This document shows, piece by piece, positions 55,791 through 64,000 of a DNA stretch of 64,000 bases (positions are counted from its first letter, which is position 1; every line of letters begins with the position of its first letter). The DNA lies in the IMG/VR virus record IMGVR_UViG_3300018080_000003, positions 1-64,000 of that record; one strand, written 5' to 3'. The translations under genes and the position numbers were made by a program. This DNA is from a virus. The notes under the pieces are model-generated. The model made no database searches. It saw only the letters and a program-made list of their open reading frames with translations, and was not told where the DNA came from.

Positions 55791-56849
55791 ATGAAGATTC
55801 GACTGTACGGCGTAGACCGTGGAGAAGGCAGCTGGACGCGCGTCAGCCGTGGGGTAAAGGAAGGCCTGGAGGCTTGCGGTGCGCTTGCGTCGTTTCTGAA
55901 TGTCAGCCGGGTGGATGATCCTGGCTACGACTCCCTTGACCAAGGTTTTGACGCTCCGGTCGGTTTGACGATCGGTCCGCCGATGGCGGCTAGCGTGATG
56001 ATGGGGCGTGGAGAGCATTATCGGCGCCTGCTGATGATCGCGAGCAACAGCTCGTGGTTGCCCCGAAGCCTGATGGAGCGGTCGGACAAGATCGTCACGG
56101 GCTACGTTGGTCCGAGTCAGTTCTCGATTGAGGTGATCAAGAGAAACACGCTGATGACGAAGAGTCTCCACCTCTACCTGCATGGGGTGGACAAGGCTTT
56201 TCAGCCGATGCGCGGGGTGCGGAAGCCGAAGGGGTGGTCGGTGCTTCACATGGCTTCGACGCACATGCAGCGTAAGGGAACGCGGGAGCTTCTGTACGCG
56301 TGGGGCTTGGCGCTCCGGAAGAAGCTGATCCCTCAGGACAGCGTTCTTCGTCTGGTGATCGATGGCCCGAAGGGGGTATATCTTTCGGAGATCCATAAGG
56401 CGACGCAAGGGATCGTTGAGCACGCGGAGAGCATCGTGGTTCTGCCGCGCCTAGAGCTTTCTGTAGATGATCTGCGTTTCTTCTACGCGCAGCACCACTT
56501 GGTGGCTCAGCCTTCTCGGGCCGAAGGGTTCGGCATGGTTCCTTTGGAATCAAGGGCCTGTGGTGTCCCTGTGCTCGCGACGGCTTGCACCGGTCATGAG
56601 GAGCACATCCAGCCGGCGGATGGCATCGTCGTGGTACCGCATGGCTTGAACGGTCCGATCGATGATGGTCCGGGAGCGGAGGCGCCAACTGTTTCTCCGG
56701 AGGACATCTGTGAGGGCCTCATCGAGGCTTACGATCGACGAGAGGTTTTGAGTGCGCTCGCGATGGAGCAGTCGGCTTACTTTCGGGATGTTTGGTCCTG
56801 GCCGAAGGTGACACAAGAGTTTCTCCGGTCTCTTGAAGCTAGCTCTTGA
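55791..56849 (+). CDS. glycosyltransferase, GT-B/GT4
   Basis: HGVD, RKG, PSRAEGFGMVPLESRACGVPV. Confidence 0.9.
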   Translation: MKIRLYGVDRGEGSWTRVSRGVKEGLEACGALASFLNVSRVDDPGYDSLDQGFDAPVGLTIGPPMAASVMMGRGEHYRRLLMIASNSSWLPRSLMERSDKIVTGYVGPSQFSIEVIKRNTLMTKSLHLYLHGVDKAFQPMRGVRKPKGWSVLHMASTHMQRKGTRELLYAWGLALRKKLIPQDSVLRLVIDGPKGVYLSEIHKATQGIVEHAESIVVLPRLELSVDDLRFFYAQHHLVAQPSRAEGFGMVPLESRACGVPVLATACTGHEEHIQPADGIVVVPHGLNGPIDDGPGAEAPTVSPEDICEGLIEAYDRREVLSALAMEQSAYFRDVWSWPKVTQEFLRSLEASS

Positions 56850-56874
56850 CAGGTCTTCCTTGTAGAATGCGAGC

Positions 56875-59769
56875 ATGGATTTCGGTTCTGCTGGTATCAA
56901 GGGAAACGGGAAGGCACGTGCCTTTGAGTTCCCGGATGGCGTGGACGCTGAGGTGGCGCTCGCGGGTCGCGCTCGTCTTCGCTACAACGCTTTCACGAAC
57001 CAGCTTGAACTGAGCGTCAGTGGTAACCCTTACTTGCCTTTCACGGCAGGTGGCGGAGCGATTCCACTCAATGGAATATCCTGGGTAGACGGACGTAACG
57101 GGAACGATGGAACTGCCATTTATGGCAGTCAAAACAACCCCTTCCAGACGGTTCAAGCCGCCATCAACTCGGCGATTGGGTCTGGGTTCACGACTATCGG
57201 CATCGTCGTTCTTGGCGGAGATTACCCAGAGGACGTCGTCGTGCCGAACGTCCTCGTCGACACGCGCCTGGGGATCGTGGGCCTTGGCGGGGCGGGCGTC
57301 AACATCCGTTCGCTGACGGCCTCTTGTCCGACAGGTGCAGGTGTTCGACTTGATCTCTCGATCGAGTCGCTCACGTTGGGCACCCGAGTTGGTGGGGGCC
57401 AGACGGTAGCTCCTTTGACCCTTGTGGGGGACAACGGGAACTTGGAGGTGGAGACCCGTGGCGTGAACATGAACAGTTCGACGCCGAACATTCCTCCCTT
57501 CCAGACGTTGAACGCCGCTGCGACTGGCAACCTCGACGCCGTGATGGGAGAGTCGATTTTGCGCGCGACGGCATCTCCGGCGGCGGCCGTAGAGATGGCG
57601 TTTGGCGATGTCGAGTTTCGCGACATAACGCTTCGAGGCCTGGATACGACTCAGGTTCTGATCACGGGCCCGTGCAATTTCACGGGTTCAGACGTGGTGC
57701 TCCTCGCAGATGGTGCAGGCGGCAACCCTCTGATCGCTCACTCTGGGCCTTCTGGTCAAATCAACTTCGTCTCAAGTTTCTGTCAGCCCTCTTCGACGAC
57801 CGATGATTTTATCCAGGTCTCTTCTCCTGCGACGAGCGTTGTACTTCGCTCCTGCATCGTTGGAAGCAACGGTTACACCGGTCAGGTTCTTCTATCCGGC
57901 GGACCGGTCTTCTACAACTTTGTCAGCTCTGTAGACGGAAATCCTGTTCCGATTGTGGGTGCTGGCTTTGAGACTCGTTTTCAGAACAGTAGCCAGGTCC
58001 AGCACAACAGCACGACGGTCATCGGAACGCAGCCTGTCGATCAGGCCATGGACGACTTGCTCTTCGGGACGACGCAGATTGGAGCGCCCATCGTTGGCCC
58101 TGGCACCTTCGCCCTTGGAGATGATTCGACGATTCTCGTCGATACGGGTGCGGCTGTAACGCTGACGCTTCCGGCCATCACGACGCGGCCTCGCGGCAAG
58201 GCTTATCGGATCGTGGACGCGACGGGCGGCGGCACGCCTGTCACGATCAATCCGACGGGTGCAGATACCGTGAATGGCGGCGCGTCTCTTACGTTCACCC
58301 CTGGTGGCGCGAACGCCTCCATCGTCCTTCAGTCGGAGTCCGCTTCCACCAACTGGGCTCTGACCCAGGCGGATCCAACGACTGGCGGCGGTGGTGGTTC
58401 GACGATTCCTGTTGACCGCATCACCTACGTGAATCAGCTGAACGGCAACGACGCAACCGGTGTGGCGGGTGACATTGCTTTCCCCTTTCAGACTGTTCAG
58501 GCAGCGGTCAACGCGGCCATCGCGACTTTGGGCTTCAGTGCGGGCAACCTGGGCATCGTCGTTTCTCCTGGGTCCTATCTGGAAGATGTCGATATCGACT
58601 ACACGCTCAGTAGCGGGATGTATCTCGGCATTTACGGCGATGGTCACGCGGTGAAAATCCGGAGCATCAACGTCATCGGACCCAATATCCCGGTCGGTTC
58701 TCCTTTCTTCCAGGAGCTTTTCATCGGTGATCTCTGCATCGGCTTTCCCGAGGGCGCTGGCTTCTCTAGCCGCCCCGCACTTCAGGTCCGCGAGGGCCTT
58801 GCCCCTCTGAACGTTGTGCTCTCGAACGTGGGATGCTTCGTAGCAAACGGCAACGAAGACGTCGTCGTCATTGGCCCAGCCTCGACGGGAGGTGTCACAG
58901 TTGAGGCTGTTGGCGGCGGAGCTTTCGCGAATGACAACATCAACGCTGTGACGGGCCGCGCGCTGGTGATGGACACGGGTACCTTCCGGGGTACTGGCTT
59001 CAATCTTCAGTCTCGGAACGCCCCTGCGGTTGAGATCACTGGCGCCGCCATCTACAACGACCAGGGTTCTCGTATCGCTCAGGTGTTGGGCGTGGGAACG
59101 GACCCTCTAATCCGAACGACTGCGACGACGCTTCACCTCATCAGCCTGAACAACACGCAGCTCGTTCCGACCACGACAACGGTCGACGTCATCGAGACGA
59201 ACGACATCAACGCGGACATCACGTTGAACGATGTTCAGGTTCAGCTCATCGGTTCGTCTGGCAACATCAACATGACCTCGGGTGGCATCGTCAACGTTAC
59301 GAGCGCCTACGTCTCGCAGACGGGTCCTTGTCCCATTATCGGCGCCACGGTCGTGAACCTCGACCACCAGGGTTCACAGGTCGGCTACTCGTCCTCGACG
59401 GTCCTTGGTGACCGCGACATGACAGATGCTGTGACGCAGGTCGTACAGGGTGTCAGTGACACGGTGGCTCGGCTCACAGGTGGCGGCGCGTTCGCTGCTG
59501 GACCGGAGGAAGTCATTTTGGTGGCTGAGGGCGCCTCTCCGACGACCATCACGTTGCCTCTTCGGAGTACAGTAGTCGATGGTAAAAAGTACCGTGTGGT
59601 GGATGCGCTCCCTGCAGGTTCTGCGGGCATCACGATCGCTGCTTCTGGCGCCGATACTATCAACGGTGGCGCGACGTTTGTGATGACGACGGGCCCGAAT
59701 AACTACGTCGAGGTCATCGCTGAGGTGGGCGCTCCCTCGGCTTGGACGATCATCGGTATTCGTCCTTGA
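56875..59769 (+). CDS. spike/receptor-binding protein 1 (two tandem beta-helix + C-module units)
   Basis: Shared N-module; two xVxxxxGNDxT...PFQTVQAA beta-helix starts; two TLP...GKxYRxVDA...GADTxNG modules; GGGGS linker. Confidence 0.7.
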   Translation: MDFGSAGIKGNGKARAFEFPDGVDAEVALAGRARLRYNAFTNQLELSVSGNPYLPFTAGGGAIPLNGISWVDGRNGNDGTAIYGSQNNPFQTVQAAINSAIGSGFTTIGIVVLGGDYPEDVVVPNVLVDTRLGIVGLGGAGVNIRSLTASCPTGAGVRLDLSIESLTLGTRVGGGQTVAPLTLVGDNGNLEVETRGVNMNSSTPNIPPFQTLNAAATGNLDAVMGESILRATASPAAAVEMAFGDVEFRDITLRGLDTTQVLITGPCNFTGSDVVLLADGAGGNPLIAHSGPSGQINFVSSFCQPSSTTDDFIQVSSPATSVVLRSCIVGSNGYTGQVLLSGGPVFYNFVSSVDGNPVPIVGAGFETRFQNSSQVQHNSTTVIGTQPVDQAMDDLLFGTTQIGAPIVGPGTFALGDDSTILVDTGAAVTLTLPAITTRPRGKAYRIVDATGGGTPVTINPTGADTVNGGASLTFTPGGANASIVLQSESASTNWALTQADPTTGGGGGSTIPVDRITYVNQLNGNDATGVAGDIAFPFQTVQAAVNAAIATLGFSAGNLGIVVSPGSYLEDVDIDYTLSSGMYLGIYGDGHAVKIRSINVIGPNIPVGSPFFQELFIGDLCIGFPEGAGFSSRPALQVREGLAPLNVVLSNVGCFVANGNEDVVVIGPASTGGVTVEAVGGGAFANDNINAVTGRALVMDTGTFRGTGFNLQSRNAPAVEITGAAIYNDQGSRIAQVLGVGTDPLIRTTATTLHLISLNNTQLVPTTTTVDVIETNDINADITLNDVQVQLIGSSGNINMTSGGIVNVTSAYVSQTGPCPIIGATVVNLDHQGSQVGYSSSTVLGDRDMTDAVTQVVQGVSDTVARLTGGGAFAAGPEEVILVAEGASPTTITLPLRSTVVDGKKYRVVDALPAGSAGITIAASGADTINGGATFVMTTGPNNYVEVIAEVGAPSAWTIIGIRP

Positions 59770-59780
59770 GGAGGTGAGAG

Positions 59781-61301
59781 ATGGGTAGAGGAACAGTCGG
59801 TTTCAAGGGCCACGGGATCACGCGATCTCTGGAGTTCCCCAACGGGGAACTGGCCCCTGTTGCGCCTCCAGGTCGTGCTCGTCTTCGCTACAACGATGCG
59901 ACAAGTCAGCTTGAGCTGAGCATCTCCGGCGGCGCCTTTGCGCCTGTAGGCACGGGCGGCGCCACTGCGGCGCTGAGTTACGCGGCCTGGGTGGATGAGC
60001 GCTCAGGCAACGATGGCACGGCGGTGGTAGGCAACATCAACCTGCCATTCCTCACGGTCCAGGCTGCGGTGAACGCGGTCATTGCCCTGGGCAACCCAGA
60101 CGCATCGATTCTCATCTTGCCTGGCAATTACCAGGAGGATGTTGTGGTTCCGGCTGCCTTTGCTGACATCCAGATAGGCTTCTCTGGAGTGAGTGGTGCG
60201 AGCAATATTCGCTCGATCACGCTGAACGCTCCGGCGGCTCCTGCGGTCCGGGCTCAGTTCACGCTCAACGAGCTGACGCTGGGCAACCGTGTGGGTGGTG
60301 GGCAGACGGTTGCGCCTCTGGTGATCGTCAACGGTGACGGGGACACGGACGTCTTCGCAACGCAGCTGCAGCTCTTCACTTCGACGCCTAACATCGACTT
60401 GGTTCGAACTGAGAACAACACGGCTTTCGGTTTATTGACGGTCCAATTCAACGGCGGCCAGGCTCTAGCGACACCTGGGTCGGCGAACTCGCGAGCCTTG
60501 TTCTTGGAGGCGGGTACGATTCTGACGAACGATTTTCTCACCTTCTCGCAGACGGCTTCTGCGATTGAGATCGACGGCTTCGTTGCTCTGTTCGACGTGG
60601 GCTCGGTCTATCAGCAGAGCCTGGGCTCGGTGTCGCCTCTCATCACTTGCTCGCTGACGTCCTTCGCGTTCGTCAACCTTTTTGGAACGTCGCTCCAGCT
60701 TCCGACGGCTAACACCGTCATCGACCTGCCTTCTCCAGGCGCGAGCGTGAACCTCAACGGAGGCGTTGTTCAGTCGTTCGTGCATGCCGGCGCGGGTATC
60801 GCGACGCCCGGCACCGCGGCGGTGAACTACATCTCCGACTTGGCGGGCAACCGCCTCTCGGTGTCTGCGCTTTCTGGTTTGGGCCTCCTTCAAGGCGCCG
60901 AGCTGGTGGCCTTCGACTCGACGACGAACGTACTCCCTGCAGGCCTAACGGCCACCGAGGGCATCGATCGTGCCATCCAAGGGGTGAGCGACACGGTGGC
61001 ACGCATCACGGGCGGCGGCGCTGTGGCGGCAGGGTCTGAAGAGATCATCTTGGTGGACGAGCCTGCCCTAGCCACCACCATTCTTCTTCCGCTCCGAAGT
61101 ACGGTCGACGAGGGGAAGAAGTATCGTGTCGTCGATGCGACGCCGGCTGGTGCCGCTGGCATCACAGTGGCAGCTTCGGGCGCTGACACAATCAACGGAG
61201 GCCCTTCGACGGTGGTCACCTCTGGTCAGAACAACTACGTGGAAGTCATGGCGGAAGCTGGCGCGGCCACAAGCTGGGTGATTGTCGGCATTCGGCCCTG
61301 A
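59781..61301 (+). CDS. spike/receptor-binding protein 2
   Basis: Same N-module, beta-helix and C-module as spike 1. Confidence 0.7.
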   Translation: MGRGTVGFKGHGITRSLEFPNGELAPVAPPGRARLRYNDATSQLELSISGGAFAPVGTGGATAALSYAAWVDERSGNDGTAVVGNINLPFLTVQAAVNAVIALGNPDASILILPGNYQEDVVVPAAFADIQIGFSGVSGASNIRSITLNAPAAPAVRAQFTLNELTLGNRVGGGQTVAPLVIVNGDGDTDVFATQLQLFTSTPNIDLVRTENNTAFGLLTVQFNGGQALATPGSANSRALFLEAGTILTNDFLTFSQTASAIEIDGFVALFDVGSVYQQSLGSVSPLITCSLTSFAFVNLFGTSLQLPTANTVIDLPSPGASVNLNGGVVQSFVHAGAGIATPGTAAVNYISDLAGNRLSVSALSGLGLLQGAELVAFDSTTNVLPAGLTATEGIDRAIQGVSDTVARITGGGAVAAGSEEIILVDEPALATTILLPLRSTVDEGKKYRVVDATPAGAAGITVAASGADTINGGPSTVVTSGQNNYVEVMAEAGAATSWVIVGIRP

Positions 61302-61309
61302 GGTGATTC

Positions 61310-62755
61310 ATGAGTGATGGCTCTATCGGTTTCAAGGACGTCGGGCGCTGGCGTGCGCTTGAGTTCCCTGACGGACAGAATGCAGAAGTCTCTCCTCTTG
61401 GGCGTGCTCGTGTTCGCTACAACGACGGCAGCGGGGAGCTTGAGGCCAGTCTGGATGGCGGGCCGTACCAGCGTATCGGAGGCCTCACGCAGAACGGTGC
61501 GGGCTGGGTTGACGCTTTTGGCGGGAACGATACGACAGCGGAGTATGGCCGTCTCGATCTCCCCTTTCGAACGGTGCAAGCAGCAGTCGATGCGGCTTAC
61601 GCGACAGGGGGAGACAATCTAACTCTTGTCATTTTTGCAGGGGACTACCCGGAGGATGTCGTCATCCAGCCCCCCCCCGCTCAGCCGACGACCTTGACGT
61701 TGTTTGGTCTCTACCGTAGCGGTGTGAGGGTCCGTTCCGTCACGTTGGACAACCCAAGTGGCGCCCAGACAGCTGACGTCGTGATGTCTTCCCTGTCTCT
61801 TGGCAGCGATGCGGGTGGCCAAACGGTTCCACCCATCACGCTCCAAGCTCCGAACAACGGGACCCTTCGAGCACGCCTCGACAACGTCATCGCGACGAGT
61901 TCCACGCCTGGCATTGACGTTTTTCAGCAGACCAACAACTTTGGCGTTGTTACCTGTGAGGCCAACAACAGCACCCTGACTGCGACGGATGCTGCAACAG
62001 GTTCACGCGCTGCCTTCATCAACTCAGGGGCCCTCGTCGCCAACAACTGCACTCTGAGAGGCTTCTCCGCCAACACCGTATTGGTCGAAGCCGCTGGCAC
62101 TTTCACTATGTCAGGAGGGTTCCTCGACCAGGGTGGCCTCTTTGGTGGTTTCACTACTCTTCAGAGCAATGGCACCGGAGCCGTGGTGCTCACCAACATT
62201 CGCGCGAGCCCAGCTGGGTTTTTCGACGACGTTATTGCCGCTAGCAACTCGCTCGCTAACTTCACTGTTCTGGGACTGCTGGTTATCGACGGTTTTTACT
62301 TCGGGAATGCTTTCATGAGCGGGAATGTGTTCGCGTATTCCTTCCTCGCGAATACGGCTGGCACTCCGATTCCGATCATCACTGCGCTACAGGTACGACT
62401 TCAGCGGGCCGAGCAGGTAGGCGCCTCGGTTGGCACTCTGGGGAACACGACTGTCAACGCTGCGCTTGACAACATCCTCGTCGGTGTCACCAACATCAAC
62501 AATCGCATCAACGGTCCTGCCGTTTTCGCACCTACGACACAGCGAACTTTGCCTTGCAATACGACGGGAGGGGTCGTCACCTTTAACCTTCCGACGATTA
62601 ACGCTTTCCCTCGTGGCAAAACTTTCCGGTTCGTTCATGCTGTGCCTGGAGCGAGCGACATCGTCATCAACTCCTCTGGTGCTGATACGATCGACGGAGG
62701 CGCATCCTTCAACCTACCGGCTGGAGCGAACAACTATGTTGAGATCCAAAGCTAG
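61310..62755 (+). CDS. spike/receptor-binding protein 3 (amber at 62753; homologous frame continues to 62797)
   Basis: Paralog of spikes 1 and 2; the codons after the TAG encode VGINNWVVVSRRP*. Confidence 0.7.
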   Translation: MSDGSIGFKDVGRWRALEFPDGQNAEVSPLGRARVRYNDGSGELEASLDGGPYQRIGGLTQNGAGWVDAFGGNDTTAEYGRLDLPFRTVQAAVDAAYATGGDNLTLVIFAGDYPEDVVIQPPPAQPTTLTLFGLYRSGVRVRSVTLDNPSGAQTADVVMSSLSLGSDAGGQTVPPITLQAPNNGTLRARLDNVIATSSTPGIDVFQQTNNFGVVTCEANNSTLTATDAATGSRAAFINSGALVANNCTLRGFSANTVLVEAAGTFTMSGGFLDQGGLFGGFTTLQSNGTGAVVLTNIRASPAGFFDDVIAASNSLANFTVLGLLVIDGFYFGNAFMSGNVFAYSFLANTAGTPIPIITALQVRLQRAEQVGASVGTLGNTTVNAALDNILVGVTNINNRINGPAVFAPTTQRTLPCNTTGGVVTFNLPTINAFPRGKTFRFVHAVPGASDIVINSSGADTIDGGASFNLPAGANNYVEIQS

Positions 62756-62805
62756 GTGGGGATCAACAACTGGGTGGTGGTTTCTCGCCGTCCTTGAGGT
62801 AAGAA

Positions 62806-63777
62806 ATGGCAGCAGGTGATGACGGCAGCGCGGGTCCTTGGGGCTTCAAGGGACAGGCTCGAAGGCTCTTCGAGCTTCCGAATTCTGAGGAGGCTCAGGG
62901 CAATCCGAGTGAGACAGCTCCGATTGGGCGTGCTCGGATTGGCTACGACGACTTCCGGAATTGGATCACAGCGTCGATCGGTCTCGACGTCTTCCGTCCG
63001 ATCTTCGAGGACGCGCAGTACATCTACACATTCTTCCGCGAGACGATGGTCGAGAACGGCCAGTTCACTCCGGTGGAGATCGACGCGGGGCTCATCAGTC
63101 AGCCTTTTATCCAGGCATCAGACCTCCCGGTGCCTCCTCCCATGGGACCGACGATGCCTGCGTTTGCGGTTGTGCGCGAGGGTGCAGCCCAGCTTCAGCT
63201 CTACTACTGGGACTTCATCGGTGCGACCGGTTGGATCGGTACGACCTACCCTTGGCTGAGTCCGGTGTTGCCGCCTGAGTTCGTGCTCGACCAAAACACG
63301 GGCTACGGCGCTCCGCTGGGCAACTTCCAGTTCTCTTTCGGCTCTGAGATTCAGATCGCCCAAGCCTGCACGGCAACGGACATCAACGCTCGCGTGAACG
63401 CTGTCGGCGGACCTCATGCCTTCGACGTTCGACTTACGACGACGCCAGGGCCGTCAGCTCCTGCGCTTACGAGCTACACGAACATCATCGTCTCTGGCAC
63501 GCACACCTTCACGACGACGGGTTGGGAGACCATCGCGACGATCTCTCAGCCGCTGGCCGTGAACGACTGGATCCTCACGAGCATCTATGGCTCACCAAAC
63601 TCTGCGTTCTTCAACATCCCTGCAGAGCGCTCTGCTGGCAATTTGAACGAGAACTTTGGCGTGCTGAATGCCAGCCTCTATGCCTTTGTGGGAGCAGCTC
63701 CCCCGGGAAGCATCGTCATTCCTACGACGCGTGACATCAACAACTGCTACGGCCTTTGCACTCCGGAGCTTGGGTAA
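62806..63777 (+). CDS. spike-family protein 4 (shared N-module, different body)
   Basis: GFKG...FELP...APIGRARIGY. Confidence 0.65.
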   Translation: MAAGDDGSAGPWGFKGQARRLFELPNSEEAQGNPSETAPIGRARIGYDDFRNWITASIGLDVFRPIFEDAQYIYTFFRETMVENGQFTPVEIDAGLISQPFIQASDLPVPPPMGPTMPAFAVVREGAAQLQLYYWDFIGATGWIGTTYPWLSPVLPPEFVLDQNTGYGAPLGNFQFSFGSEIQIAQACTATDINARVNAVGGPHAFDVRLTTTPGPSAPALTSYTNIIVSGTHTFTTTGWETIATISQPLAVNDWILTSIYGSPNSAFFNIPAERSAGNLNENFGVLNASLYAFVGAAPPGSIVIPTTRDINNCYGLCTPELG

Positions 63778-64000
63778 TGTCTAACGAGAAAACCCTTCTT
63801 CCGCCTCTGATCACGGAAGACCGCGCCCGCCGCGAGCGCACCCTCGATGCGGTTCAAGGTCAGACGATTCATTCCATTGTGGAGACGAGCCCCGCGACAG
63901 TCGCCAAGGCCCACTTTGCCTATCAGGCCTTTCTGGTCGACAAGGTCGAGCAAGCTTGGCTCTACACTCAGACGAACTCCAATCTGCTGTCTAAGGCCGT
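63777..64000 (+). CDS. hypothetical protein, 3'-partial
   Basis: TAATG overlap; MSNEKTLLPPLITEDRARR... stays open to the window end. Confidence 0.6.
   Translation, partial: MSNEKTLLPPLITEDRARRERTLDAVQGQTIHSIVETSPATVAKAHFAYQAFLVDKVEQAWLYTQTNSNLLSKA

Noticed and set aside
56846-56868. TTGACA...TAGAAT promoter before spike 1
   Set aside because: The spacer is only 11 nt. The -10 alone may serve a leaderless mRNA, but the pair is not a valid promoter.
62753-62755. Genome-wide TAG reassignment
   Set aside because: TAG terminates several well-bounded genes (e.g. ends at 40341, 48358, 55769 and 22618), so the code appears standard.
1-64000. tRNA, rRNA, integrase, transposase, reverse transcriptase
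   Set aside because: No recognisable signatures by eye; tRNAscan and HMM searches would be needed to exclude them fully.

Overview
This GC-rich, gene-dense window reads as a large part of a bacterial virus genome, most likely a tailless, membrane-containing dsDNA virus; this is an inference. No terminase, portal, HK97 capsid, tail or tape-measure gene is recognisable in 64 kb. Genes run mostly on the minus strand from 32.2 kb down to 1, and mostly on the plus strand from 32.3 kb to the end. The centre (19.7-32 kb) is a replication module: Cas4/RecB-like exonuclease, DnaG-type primase-helicase fusion, DinG helicase, SF2 helicase, SLOG protein, adenine methylase and SSB. It includes an AT-rich, GATC-iteron origin candidate at about 22.5 kb, where spot counts suggest G/C skew flips. 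The outer arms are structural. They encode a histone-like membrane-anchored core protein, three capsid candidates and about 25 proteins ending in a TM helix, usually with a basic tail. They also encode a transglutaminase-fold Cys enzyme, a lysozyme-like enzyme, a J-domain protein, a glycosyltransferase/methyltransferase cluster and four paralogous spike proteins. The main novel observations are: (1) the tail-anchored proteins share short [GSA]-[LMFVI]-G motifs and are co-transcribed with the transglutaminase-like enzyme, suggesting a virus-encoded processing or sorting system; (2) a 107-nt G.U-compensated rod RNA; (3) a palindromic GGTAGA-N3-TCTAC operator at three intergenic sites; (4) a DPFA linear motif shared by replication proteins; (5) an in-frame amber codon interrupting the conserved C-terminus of one spike. 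All product calls come from motif recognition by eye; no database searches were run.
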